A stretch of 64,000 bases of DNA. Origin: Rhizophagus irregularis (taxonomy: Eukaryota). A model generated the notes under the pieces. The model did no database searches. It was not told the origin of the DNA and saw only the letters and a list, made by a program, of their open reading frames with translations. Made by a program: the position numbers and the translations under genes. The stretch's first letter is position 1; each line of letters opens with the position of its first letter. The DNA is taken from positions 2,108,001 to 2,172,000 of the forward strand of contig NC_089429.1 in NCBI RefSeq assembly GCF_026210795.1, written 5' to 3'. Shown piece by piece: positions 13,400 to 23,761 of this stretch.

Positions 13400-13608
13400 T
13401 CGCCTCTTTTCTCACCACAACTATAGTCTGTACATGACTTAATGGAGATAGGTGCTCCAAGAACACAAAATTATATTGAAACTTGGCATCGTCGCTGAAC
13501 GCTGGGTAACTTTAAGTTAATCGAACACTATACTATAGTTAATGAGTTTTAAAGGAGCAACAATAAGCAGAACTTAAAAGTTGAAAATATTCTTCGTGGT
13601 GCTCAATG
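13400..13608 (+). pseudogene. MULE (Mutator-like) transposase relic, 5' part; continues at 28098-28175
   Basis: Translates ...APRTQNYIETWHRR*..., resembling the MULE RTxNxxExWH motif. ENILRGAQC joins PKQKKNLI...RIMTIFND across the hAT insertion. Confidence 0.55.
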
Positions 13609-14471
13609 TAGGGATTGGAATCGATTCCCATTATTGGAATCGATTTTAAAATTGATTAATCGCGATTAATCGTTTCGCAAATATCGATTTTAAGATTCGA
13701 TTTTCGATTTTTGATAATCGAAACTAATCGAATTTATATTTCACAAAAAATACAAATTACGGTGCAAATTTATAATTATACTTAAAAGATTATTTATAAT
13801 AATAGAATTTTTTTAAAAGTAATATAATTTGAGAATGTCAAATTCACCGATCACACCCACGTTTTTGATTGGTTACGCGATTACGTCATCATCAATAAAT
13901 GTTTATTTGTTTATTATTTCTAGTACTTTCCCAACTTTAAACCCTTCGCTCAGCTGGTATGTTTTTCTTTTTTTTTCTTTTATTGTTTTTATATTTTATT
14001 TCTTGCTAACTTTATTTTATTCTCTTTAAGTTCTTACTCCTTTCAGTCTTTTGCTCTTTGCAATTAAGGTGTGTTTAGTATTACATAGTCACGATTTTTT
14101 GAAGTTTTTGTTTTTTTTTTATTTTGTCTCTTACACTTCGTTTCTTATATTTTGTTCCTTACATTTCCTTTCTAACTTTATTTTGTTTTCTTTTAGGTCC
14201 TTAGTTCTTCCCGGTGTGTTCTTTCTTTTATTTTTTTTTATTATTTTTTTTATTTTGTCTATCATATTTCGTTTATTTTATGGTTTTTATTTGGTCGGTT
14301 GGTTTCCTTCATTTTTTTATTCCCTACTATTTTTTTATCTTTTGTTTCCATTGTTACTTTTATTTCCTTAATTTTTCATTTCTTTTTCACTCCACTTCAT
14401 TTTTTTTCGTTCCTTTTCGCTTGTCCCTCGTTTCTTTCACTCCTTTTCACTCCCCGTGTTTTATATCGCGT

Positions 14472-15120
14472 TGTCACCCACGTCTGCCACCCGTGGATAA
14501 ACACATCTTTCTCATTTAACTTATTTCTCGTTACTTTGCTTGGTTTAGATTTTATTTTTCTTTTAACTTCTCGCTTTCTTTCTCATATATCCATAGTATT
14601 TATTCTCAATACTACCACTCATTCATAATATTCTCACAATATTATGTTGCCTGTAATATTTATTCTTTCAAATATTACCATCTTATTTCTTATAAACTGC
14701 GAGAGTTCTCCTAACTTCTTATATTTCATACAATAAAACGAGAATAACTCCTTTTACTTTTACTTTTCTGGACTTAATAATAATATTAATTAATTCTCAA
14801 GCGTACAATGAGCATATTCAAGATAACTTTTAATAATTAATATTTAATTTATTAAATTTGAGTCAAAACTGACTGCGGAATTCCTAACGAATCCCACCTA
14901 TATTTATACATTTTTAAGAAAACTATTTCTACCACTTCTAACTTTTCTACTAATAAAAATTTAAGAACAATAAGAAAATAAAGATATATTATCATATGAC
15001 TATCTTGTGACTAAACTAAACTAAACTATAAATATTATTTTATCGGTTAATTATTTATCCTTGTTCCATTCGGTCTTTTATTCATCCGCTCACGTGATCA
15101 TCCTGATTTCTCGGGTTACA
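14472..15120 (-). repeat. 3' LTR
   Basis: Direct repeat of 26647-27295; two G/A differences seen by eye. Confidence 0.97.
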
Positions 15121-15132
15121 GCTATCCCCCCC
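15121..15132 (-). promoter_or_regulatory. Polypurine tract
   Basis: Minus strand GGGGGGGATAGC immediately before the 3' LTR start TGTAAC. Confidence 0.8.
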
Positions 15133-15151
15133 AAGAAAAATTTGAGTCCCA

Positions 15152-16339
15152 TCAAATTCTAATTATAACTTCGAAATTTGACCTGTCAATATATTCCTTC
15201 AATAATTCTCCATTTACTGGCGTTTTCTGTATCCTTCCCTCCATAGTTTTAATTTTATAAGATCCTTTAGAAATTATTTCATGTATATAATACGGTCCTT
15301 TCCATTTTTCTTCTAGTTTTCCAGACCATTGTTTTTCTTTTGCTGCATCATAATATAGCACTTTATCCCCTATTTGAAAATTCTTTTTCATCTTGTATTT
15401 CTTATCATGATATTTCTTCTGTTTTTCTTGAGATTTCTCTATATTTTCTTTAGCTTGACTTCTAATGTTCGGTAGATCTTCCATTAAACTATTAATTCTT
15501 TGTGTTATCGTAACATTTTCATCTTCTAAATTTAATAATGTCTTCATTTCTCTTCCATATATTAGATATCCTGGTTTTAACTTGGTTGAATCATTCTTCT
15601 TTGTTCTATATGCAAATAAAACTCCCGGTATTTTTAAATCCCAATCTTTAATGTTATTCAATTTTGCTAATGATTCACATAATGTTTTGTTGAACCTTTC
15701 TATTAATCCATTCGTCTTCGGGTGATAAGGTGTCGAAAAATTGTGTTTTATCTGAAATTCCTTCATTAATAGTTCTACTAATTTATTATTAAAATGACTT
15801 CCCCTATCACTTAATATCTTCTTTGGACATCCATGTCTACATATTATATCTTCATAAATGAATCTTGCAATTTCCTTAGCATCTGCTGTTTCTAGAGCTC
15901 TAGCTTCTGGCCATTTCGTAAAATAATCCATTGCCGTAACTATGTATCTATTATTTCTTTCTGTTATTGGTAACGGTCCCACAACATCTATTCCAATCTG
16001 ATAAAATGGTTCTTTAACTTTTATTACATTTAATTCGTGTTTTCCAATCGGTTTTCCTCTCCTTTGACAACTATCGCATGATTTAACATATCTTTCCATA
16101 TCTTGTTTCATTCCTTTCCAATAATATTTCTCTCTAATCCTTTCATATGTTGCATCTATTCCAAAATGTCCAGATAGTTCATGGTCGTGTGCAATATACA
16201 TTAATCCTTCGAACTCATATTTTCTTATTACTCTCAGTTCTCTATTATCCTTTATTCTATATAACAAACCATCTTTCATCCTATAGTGTTGTTCATTATC
16301 TACATTTTTAATTATCTCATTATATTTATCTTCTTCCAT
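15152..16339 (-). CDS. Retroviral-type integrase, stand-alone ORF
   Basis: HHCC finger (AHDHELSGHFG...CDSCQ), DDE core (IDVVGP, SDRGSHF, IERFN), GPY/F motif (WKGPY); no chromodomain seen. Confidence 0.95.
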   Translation of the reverse strand: MEEDKYNEIIKNVDNEQHYRMKDGLLYRIKDNRELRVIRKYEFEGLMYIAHDHELSGHFGIDATYERIREKYYWKGMKQDMERYVKSCDSCQRRGKPIGKHELNVIKVKEPFYQIGIDVVGPLPITERNNRYIVTAMDYFTKWPEARALETADAKEIARFIYEDIICRHGCPKKILSDRGSHFNNKLVELLMKEFQIKHNFSTPYHPKTNGLIERFNKTLCESLAKLNNIKDWDLKIPGVLFAYRTKKNDSTKLKPGYLIYGREMKTLLNLEDENVTITQRINSLMEDLPNIRSQAKENIEKSQEKQKKYHDKKYKMKKNFQIGDKVLYYDAAKEKQWSGKLEEKWKGPYYIHEIISKGSYKIKTMEGRIQKTPVNGELLKEYIDRSNFEVIIRI

Positions 16340-16478
16340 TAGCTAGTATTTCTTCTATTTCTTCTTCAAAAGGTAAAATAAACCTAATACTTTTATCTTC
16401 AAATAACACGCAGTGATAATTCGTATTCCTGTGTATGATGTAAATATATATTCCTATTCCAATATTTTCAGTAGTCAT
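16326..16478 (-). CDS. 50-aa small ORF between kinase and integrase
   Basis: MTTENIGIGIYIYIIHRNTNYHCVLFEDKSIRFILPFEEEIEEILANGRR*; fills the gap exactly, starting 2 nt after the RT-kinase stop and overlapping the integrase ATG. Confidence 0.4.
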   Translation of the reverse strand: MTTENIGIGIYIYIIHRNTNYHCVLFEDKSIRFILPFEEEIEEILANGRR

Positions 16479-16480
16479 TT

Positions 16481-18802
16481 TTATTTTTCCAATAGCTTTT
16501 CAACTCGTTTATATACTTTTTTCCAACTTTTGTCATCGTTTTTAATTCTAATCCTCTTATATTTTCCTTTATTCTTATAAATATTCTGATGTTCTTTAAA
16601 CATTTTCACCATGTCCATATATTCCTCTTCGTTCAACGTTTCATATGATGTTTTATGTCCTTCATTACTTTTCTTAGTTTCTCTTCCAATATAATTATTC
16701 CAACATTCTTTATTTTCTAAGAAAATTATTACCGCATTATCTATAATGTCTTTATATTTAAATATCTCTTTCTCCATTTTATGATTCCCATATGGAGTAA
16801 TATATCCTCTGTCAAAACTTTTGGTCTTTTGATAAAAGTATTCACAATATGGTGACTTATCCAGTATTATAATGTCTTCATCTGTAAATTCAACTATTCT
16901 CCTATTGATTTCTTCTACAACTTGTTTTCTAAATAACCATTCATATTCTTTTGAAGGTTCCTCAAATCTCTTATCATCATTTCTTCTTCTTTTAAACTTA
17001 TTAAATATTATTTTTAAATCATCCTTTTCTTTTAATCGTTTAATTATATTTTCCACTATGGTGGATTTCCCTACACCATCAACCCCATCAACAATAATAA
17101 TCTGTGGTTTACTCTTCCTTCCTAATTTCTTTAATAATTCTTTTTCTGTCTTTTCTTCTAAGTTCAGTAATATTGCTTCTTTATCATTAAAATATTTCAT
17201 ATCATCCCATTTTCCCTTAAATCTTCTAGCGTCGAACCATTCATTTCCTGATCTAACATATCTCAGCTTTTTCTCTTTATTATGTTCCATTTTCATTATT
17301 TCTTGACTTAAGCCTCCAGGGTCCCTTTTTATAACTTTCTCTTCAAATTCTAGTCTTGATAACGCATCTGCATTCTTATTTTCTTTACCACTTCTATGTA
17401 TTACTTCAAAATCATATTGTTGTAACTCCATTACCCATCTTGCTCTTCTTCCTGTAGGTACTTTAGCATTCATTAATCCTTTTAACGCAGCATGATCCGT
17501 TATAACCGTAAATTTTCTTCCTGCTAAGAACTTATGGAAATACTTGATCCCCCAGAATATCGCTAAACATTCTAATTCTGTTATTGCATAATTCTTTTCT
17601 GCTCCCACTAAACTTCTACTAGCATAGGCGATAACAAATTCTTTATTTTCTTCATTTTTCTGAGATAATACTGCTCCTAACCCTTCTCCTGATGCGTCTG
17701 TAATCAATATAAACTCCTTTTCGAAATTAGGGTGATCTAATACTGGTTTCTCCATTAATCTTATTTTTAATTCTTCAAATGCTTCCTGCTGTTTCTCTGT
17801 CCATTCAAATGGTACATCCTTTTTAACTAAGTGATATAAAGGCTTTGCTATTTTCGCAAAATTCTTTATAAATCTTCTATAATATGAGCACAATCCTAAA
17901 AATGATCTCACTTGTGTAACAGTTTCTGGTATCTTTATTTCTTTAATCTTCTCCACTTTCTTTGCATCTGGTTTCAAACCATCTCTTCCAACTATATGTC
18001 CTAAAAATTCTATATTTCGTTCACCAAACTTACATTTCTTCAATTTCACAATCAAGTTGTTTTTCTTTAATTTGTTCAACACTTTATCGATATGTTCCAC
18101 ATGTTCTTCAAAATTTTTTGAATAAATCATTATATCATCTAGATATACTATTACAAATTCTCCAATATATTCTTTTAATATCTCATCCATTATCCTCTGA
18201 AATGTTCCTGGTGCATTCTTTAAACCAAATGGCATAACATTATATTCATATAATCCTTGTGAACATATAAATGCTGTCTTTTCTTTATCTTCTTCTACCA
18301 TTTCTACTTGATGATACCCTGCCGCTAGATCCAAACTCGTAAACCATCTCGCTGTTCTATATTTTTCTAATAATTCGTCTATTCTTGGTAATGGGTATGC
18401 ATCCGACTTAGTTATATTATTCAATTTCCTATAATCAATGCAAAATCTATAATTTCCTGTTTTCTTTCCTGCTAGTGTTACTGGAGACGCCCATGGACTC
18501 CATGACTTTCTAATTTTCCCCATTTTTAATAACTGTTCAACTTCTTTCTTTATAAACTTTCCCTTTTCCTCGGTCTCTTTATACCTCTTCTGTGCTATTG
18601 GTTCTTGACCTTCTTTAATTTCTATTTTATGTCTAACAGTGTCTACCTTTCCTAATTTTTCTCCATCGTATTCAAATATCTCTTCATAACTTTTGATTAG
18701 CTTTATTATACCATCCTTTCTTTTACCTGTTACTTCTCCCAAATTTATCTTTTTATCGAACTTTTCCCATTTAGTTTCATTTTTATCATTTTCATTTATC
18801 AT
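16481..18802 (-). CDS. Reverse transcriptase - RNase H - dNMP/thymidylate-kinase-like fusion
   Basis: RT (RFCIDYRKLN, MPFGLKNAP, YLDD) and RNase H (TDAS, ELECLA, TDH, NADALSR), then P-loop IIIVDGVDGVGKST and ILDKSPYCEYFYQ. Confidence 0.92.
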   Translation of the reverse strand: MINENDKNETKWEKFDKKINLGEVTGKRKDGIIKLIKSYEEIFEYDGEKLGKVDTVRHKIEIKEGQEPIAQKRYKETEEKGKFIKKEVEQLLKMGKIRKSWSPWASPVTLAGKKTGNYRFCIDYRKLNNITKSDAYPLPRIDELLEKYRTARWFTSLDLAAGYHQVEMVEEDKEKTAFICSQGLYEYNVMPFGLKNAPGTFQRIMDEILKEYIGEFVIVYLDDIMIYSKNFEEHVEHIDKVLNKLKKNNLIVKLKKCKFGERNIEFLGHIVGRDGLKPDAKKVEKIKEIKIPETVTQVRSFLGLCSYYRRFIKNFAKIAKPLYHLVKKDVPFEWTEKQQEAFEELKIRLMEKPVLDHPNFEKEFILITDASGEGLGAVLSQKNEENKEFVIAYASRSLVGAEKNYAITELECLAIFWGIKYFHKFLAGRKFTVITDHAALKGLMNAKVPTGRRARWVMELQQYDFEVIHRSGKENKNADALSRLEFEEKVIKRDPGGLSQEIMKMEHNKEKKLRYVRSGNEWFDARRFKGKWDDMKYFNDKEAILLNLEEKTEKELLKKLGRKSKPQIIIVDGVDGVGKSTIVENIIKRLKEKDDLKIIFNKFKRRRNDDKRFEEPSKEYEWLFRKQVVEEINRRIVEFTDEDIIILDKSPYCEYFYQKTKSFDRGYITPYGNHKMEKEIFKYKDIIDNAVIIFLENKECWNNYIGRETKKSNEGHKTSYETLNEEEYMDMVKMFKEHQNIYKNKGKYKRIRIKNDDKSWKKVYKRVEKLLEK

Positions 18803-18886
18803 TTTAAAATTTATTTATTATTTTATTTCTTATTATTATTTCAACAATTTTACATTTTAGGACAATTTTAACCCTTTTTATATAAT

Positions 18887-19522
18887 TTAATCCTCATTTT
18901 CACTAGATATTTCACTATCATCAGACGAGCTTTCTTCACTGGAACTTTCACTATCTTCTTGAGACTCATTTTCTTTTACTACTTCCTTTTCTTTTATTGC
19001 TTCTTTTACTGTATATAACTTCTTTCCTTCTTCTTGTTCATAATCAGATTCTCCTGATTCACTTTCATAGTCGGATTCTTCTGACTCTTCCACTTGTTTA
19101 ATATACCACACTGGTATGTCTATTATTTCTTCATCATTTTCTAATTCCAATATCTTTTCTTTATAGTTGATATTTGCATTCCATTTATCCAATAAATCAT
19201 TTCCTATAATCATTTCTTTTTGCTTTGAATCTATTACATCTAATGTTACTGGTAATACTAATTCTTTATAAACTTTTATTTCTGTATTCACTTTTCCTAA
19301 TGAAGCAATCTTTCCTCCATCTGCTAATGTACACGTAATATTACTTTTTCCTTTTATTGGTATATTTAACTCTTTTCTTAATTTCTCTGTTATTACACTT
19401 ATTGCTGCTCCTGAATCTATTACAACTTCGATTTCCTTATCATTTATTATAAACTGTGTTTTCATTGCCGTTGTAACTTCTTTTTCTCCACTTATTTCAG
19501 TCTTTTTCACCTCCGAGTGTAG
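18887..19522 (-). CDS. Retropepsin aspartic protease with acidic tail, in frame with Gag behind a single UGA
   Basis: VVIDSGAAIS active site and IIGNDLL; Gag TGA is followed by CTA CAC TCG GAG GTG AAA in the same frame. Confidence 0.9.
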   Translation of the reverse strand, partial: LHSEVKKTEISGEKEVTTAMKTQFIINDKEIEVVIDSGAAISVITEKLRKELNIPIKGKSNITCTLADGGKIASLGKVNTEIKVYKELVLPVTLDVIDSKQKEMIIGNDLLDKWNANINYKEKILELENDEEIIDIPVWYIKQVEESEESDYESESGESDYEQEEGKKLYTVKEAIKEKEVVKENESQEDSESSSEESSSDDSEISSENED

Positions 19523-22500
19523 TCACTCTGTTTTATCTCCTTTTCTTATCATTTTCTTTATCATTCTTCCTTGTTGTTCCACAATATTAAGTAGATTTCC
19601 ATAATCTACTGGATCTTTTGATTTAACTCCTATAATTTTATCTTCTCTTGGTCTACGTTTTCCCCCTGCTTCTTTCCATCTATTTATTCCTTCCATTGTG
19701 TCATAATATTCTCCTCTCTTTTTACTCCATTTATATCTTTTTGGGATATTCGTATTGTCTGGTCCTATTGGTCTATTATACATTGGTTGCTCATCCTCCA
19801 CATATTCTTCCATCGGAACTTCTCTTCTATTTCTATATTTATATTCTTCTTTCCCTCTTTCCTCAATCTCTTTGTCTAAATTTGGCTTTCCAAAATTTTT
19901 CCATCCTTGTTTAGGATTTATTCTATTACTTCTCCTTCTTTCTTGTACTGGGTTATCTTTTTCATACAAATCACGATTGTAATTATACAATTGTGGATCA
20001 TCATATTCATTATTTTCATAGTCGTAATCATCATCTGATTCTTCATTTTCGTAGTCATAATCTTCTTCATGGTCTTCTATATCCATTAAATTAACTCTTC
20101 TCTCATTTCTTCTGATATTATTTCCTAATGGACATCTAGTCGCAAAATGACCTCTTCTATTACACCTAAAACAAGTTATTTCATCATAATTAATCGGTGC
20201 TCCATTATTTCTCCTCTGATTCAATTGGTTTCTATTCCCATTATTATTCAACTCCCTTTCCATATTTCGTACTTGTTTTTCCAATTTGGCAATTCTCATT
20301 TTCTCTAATTTTTCCACTAAATCATCCTCATAATCTTCCTTTAACGGTTTGTTAAACTTATTTTCTTGTTCATTTCTTTTATCACTGTTTTGTCTAATAT
20401 CTTGAATATTATTATTCTGAATATTATTCTGATTCAACAAACTTTGATTCATCATACTTTGTATCATCATTTGATTTCCTGTCTCTATAATTTTAGCTCT
20501 TTCAACAGCTGCATCCAACGTCGCTGGTGCTGTTTCCATTACTCTTGATATCATAACTGGATTCAGTCCCTGAATAAAATAGTTAATTTTATACATTTCT
20601 CCTAAATCATTAACTCCTGGTGCTACTTTTCTTATTAACTTTCTGAATCTGCTTGCATATGCTCCTACTTTCTCATTCATTTCTTGTTTAATCGTTTGTA
20701 ACTCTCTAATCCATTGATTCTTTCTAACATCGCTTGCATAATGTTCCTTCAGTATTTTAGTAAAATCATTATTCCCATGGTTATGACCATTGTCCTCCCA
20801 TCTTTGTATATCTCCTTGTTTGCCTTCATACCAATCAGCTGCTTCTCCTCGCATGCATGCTGCTGCTTTTCTTATTTTATCTATTTGATTAGCTCCTTCT
20901 TGATAACCATTTGCGTTCCAAACAACCTCAAAATCTCTAATCCACTCATATGGATCTTGATCTCCTCCATAATATAATGGTAAATCTCCTACTTTCGCTG
21001 CTCTATTCACTGGTCCTGTCAAATTTCCAATTCTTGTTTCAACTTGATTAATTCTTCCAAATATCGTATTTGCTGGTGGAACTAAAGCATTCCAATTATT
21101 TCCTATATCATGTCCTAACATTATATTTCCAAATACTCTCAAATCTTCTCTGATGTGATTTCTTTCTGCCATATTCAATAATATATTCTCTTGAAATAAA
21201 TCCTGTAAATTATAATCAGATAGTTCACTTTCTGTATCAGAATTTTCAATATCAGAATCCCTAATATTCAACGAATTATTCGAATCTGAATTTTGACTTA
21301 AGTCAAAACCTCCTGTATTTATAACATTTTCATTATTATTTTCAACTTCATTTTCATTGAGGTCTTTAGAATTTCCTTCCCAAATCTCGTATTCTTCTGG
21401 ATCTAATATTTCTCCAATCTTTTCTGAATTATCTGTATCATCATTTTCTTCTTCAACTTCCTCTTCACTTTCTTCAATTTCAAATTTCTTTAAGTATTCA
21501 TCTAATATTCTCTTTATTTCTTTTTCCGATTCATTTTTATATTCTTGAAATTTTCTTATAAAGTCTGCACTTAATATATCAACATCTCTATATCCCATAC
21601 TCATTAATCTTAATAATTCTCCACCGGAAACTTCAATTTCTAAAACTTTGATTAGATTTTTTAACTGTTCTAACCTTTTCTCTATTTCTGTTTCATCATC
21701 CAATTCATTCTCATCTTTTACATTTTCTGGTCCTTTTTCATAACAATTTTTACATATCTTTTCTATAAATTCTTTATTGTATTCTACCGCTTCTATTGCT
21801 TCTTTCTTTAATATTATTTTATTGCACATTGGGCATTCTATCGTATACATATAATGCCATATTCTTAACTCTTCTTCTATTCTTTCGTCATCTAATTCTT
21901 CAATAGTTTTGTAAAAACTCATAAATTCTTTAGTCTTCATTATTTCATATTCCACTCTGAAATTTATTATTCGCCTTATCTCTTCAGTATCAATTTCATA
22001 ACCATTTTCTAACCAATAATTTCTATATATTCTCTCTATATGTTCATCTCCTTCATTCGAACTTGATTCTCCCAAATCATCTGAATTTTCCAGTTCTCCT
22101 ACATCACTTTGTTCTTCAACAAAACCTTTTGCTTCTACAATTTTCTTTATTATCTTATCTGTTATGTCATCATCTATCCATGGTTTCGGGTATTTATTTC
22201 CATCCCACCATTGATATGTTATACTTTTCTGAAACTTTCTGACTTTCTCTCTATTCTCTTCTTCTACTATATTTTCTTCTAAATGCAATATTTCCTTGAA
22301 ATATCTCATTGTGCTATATCCTTTGTTTTTAATGGTTATTGGTTCTGTTTTTTCTAACCATTCCTCAAATTTTGCGAATCTCATATCTAATTCATCATCT
22401 TCTATAATATATCTATATGTTAACAATTCCCTATTTCCTAATAAATTCTCTTCTGTTTGTTCCTCTAATATAAGTTCATTATCTTCATTCAGTATGTAAT

Positions 22501-22918
22501 GTTCACATATTACTTTTATTACTGATATAATTCCTATTTTTCTGTAGTCCGGTTTATTTCTATACCTTATTGATCTTACGACTACATCCAACAGTTTTTC
22601 TCCTTCTTTTCTCATTCTCTCAAATTCTTTATTTCTTTTCTTTTTACTAGATGGATAATTTTCTTCCCCATCCTTTCTTGTTAGTATTATGTATTCCATT
22701 AATTTCATATACGTATTTCTGTTATAACTCATTGCTTCTAATATTACTTTTTGAAAAATTTTCCAAAATCTTTTAAACCAATCTTCTATCTTTATTTCAT
22801 CAATACTATAACATTTCAGGCATGAAGGATCTACTTGATATTCCTTCCTCGATTCATTATGTTTTTCTATTTCGTGTCTATTTTTGATCTCTTCTAATTC
22901 ATCGTATATTTCAGACAT
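19523..22918 (-). CDS. Gag with ~580-aa N-terminal extension
   Basis: Capsid-like region (LPLYYGGDQDPYEWIRDF...MRGEAADWY...FIQGL) and CCHC knuckle CFRCNRRGHFATRC; the extension has CLKC and CPMC...CKNC motifs. Confidence 0.92.
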   Translation of the reverse strand: MSEIYDELEEIKNRHEIEKHNESRKEYQVDPSCLKCYSIDEIKIEDWFKRFWKIFQKVILEAMSYNRNTYMKLMEYIILTRKDGEENYPSSKKKRNKEFERMRKEGEKLLDVVVRSIRYRNKPDYRKIGIISVIKVICEHYILNEDNELILEEQTEENLLGNRELLTYRYIIEDDELDMRFAKFEEWLEKTEPITIKNKGYSTMRYFKEILHLEENIVEEENREKVRKFQKSITYQWWDGNKYPKPWIDDDITDKIIKKIVEAKGFVEEQSDVGELENSDDLGESSSNEGDEHIERIYRNYWLENGYEIDTEEIRRIINFRVEYEIMKTKEFMSFYKTIEELDDERIEEELRIWHYMYTIECPMCNKIILKKEAIEAVEYNKEFIEKICKNCYEKGPENVKDENELDDETEIEKRLEQLKNLIKVLEIEVSGGELLRLMSMGYRDVDILSADFIRKFQEYKNESEKEIKRILDEYLKKFEIEESEEEVEEENDDTDNSEKIGEILDPEEYEIWEGNSKDLNENEVENNNENVINTGGFDLSQNSDSNNSLNIRDSDIENSDTESELSDYNLQDLFQENILLNMAERNHIREDLRVFGNIMLGHDIGNNWNALVPPANTIFGRINQVETRIGNLTGPVNRAAKVGDLPLYYGGDQDPYEWIRDFEVVWNANGYQEGANQIDKIRKAAACMRGEAADWYEGKQGDIQRWEDNGHNHGNNDFTKILKEHYASDVRKNQWIRELQTIKQEMNEKVGAYASRFRKLIRKVAPGVNDLGEMYKINYFIQGLNPVMISRVMETAPATLDAAVERAKIIETGNQMMIQSMMNQSLLNQNNIQNNNIQDIRQNSDKRNEQENKFNKPLKEDYEDDLVEKLEKMRIAKLEKQVRNMERELNNNGNRNQLNQRRNNGAPINYDEITCFRCNRRGHFATRCPLGNNIRRNERRVNLMDIEDHEEDYDYENEESDDDYDYENNEYDDPQLYNYNRDLYEKDNPVQERRRSNRINPKQGWKNFGKPNLDKEIEERGKEEYKYRNRREVPMEEYVEDEQPMYNRPIGPDNTNIPKRYKWSKKRGEYYDTMEGINRWKEAGGKRRPREDKIIGVKSKDPVDYGNLLNIVEQQGRMIKKMIRKGDKTE

Positions 22919-23334
22919 CTTGATTTATTTTATTTACCTATTTACTTGCAAAATGATTTCATTTCATATTTCCCGTCTATTTATATTTTTATTCATATAG
23001 TATTTATTCGTTTATCATTTCAATCTTTATTTCTTTTATATTTTCATGTTTACAACTTTCTACTACATTTCTTTATTATATTTTATATCACATAGTATTC
23101 TATTACTTATAACTTGATATTCTTCCAACTTCATTAATTCCTAATTAGTTTAACGTCTTTCTGGACAACTATTTGTCTCTAAATTCTTATTATTTACATT
23201 TTTCCTGTATTTCCATCTTAACCGCTTGATTTCTTCACGCTTATTATTCTTCTTATGATATTCTTTTATTCCACCCATTATCTTCTAACGTCTTTTTGTA
23301 TATTTATTTCATCCTTTAATATTCATCTTATTCT

Positions 23335-23674
23335 TCAATTCCTATATTCTGTCTGTTCATAAATTTTCTGATTATTCCTGTATGCGGCTATTTTACATTC
23401 TCCCATTCGCAATATATTCATATTTTTGTGTTCACATCTTTCTTCATATTCATTAAGGTATCCCATTCCTTTTCGAAAGTATTCTTTACATAACGTTTCT
23501 ATTTTATTTCTTAAACTTTCTTCGCTTTCTTCCCTAACTTCAAAATAATTAATTTCTTGTAATGTTACATTCTCTATTTTTTTTTTTTTTTTTTTTGCAA
23601 TATTTACATTTTACTTCGCTGTCTATTCTAATAAAACCTTTTTCGTTTATATTTTCAAATATCATTGTTTTCAT
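23335..23674 (-). pseudogene. ~110-aa accessory ORF frameshifted in an A20 run
   Basis: MKTMIFENINEKGFIRIDSEVKCKYCK(A20)IENVTLQEINYFEVREESEESLRNKIETLCKEYFRKG...; open if the A-run changes by one base. Confidence 0.4.
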
Positions 23675-23761
23675 TTCCTGTATTTTACTCAGAATTTCTC
23701 ATTTATTATTATTTTATTTTGTCATTATCCATTTCCTTCTACTTTTATAATAATTGATTAC

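Noticed and set aside
13829..14628. Phe/Leu-rich plus-strand ORFs (also 27317-27697 and 4015-4296)
   Set aside because: T-rich low-complexity MITE or satellite interior; not credible membrane proteins
18803..18886. Possible readthrough or intron joining protease to RT (gap is a multiple of 3)
   Set aside because: Several in-frame stops and no convincing pyrimidine-tract/AG acceptor; splicing is not excluded without RNA data
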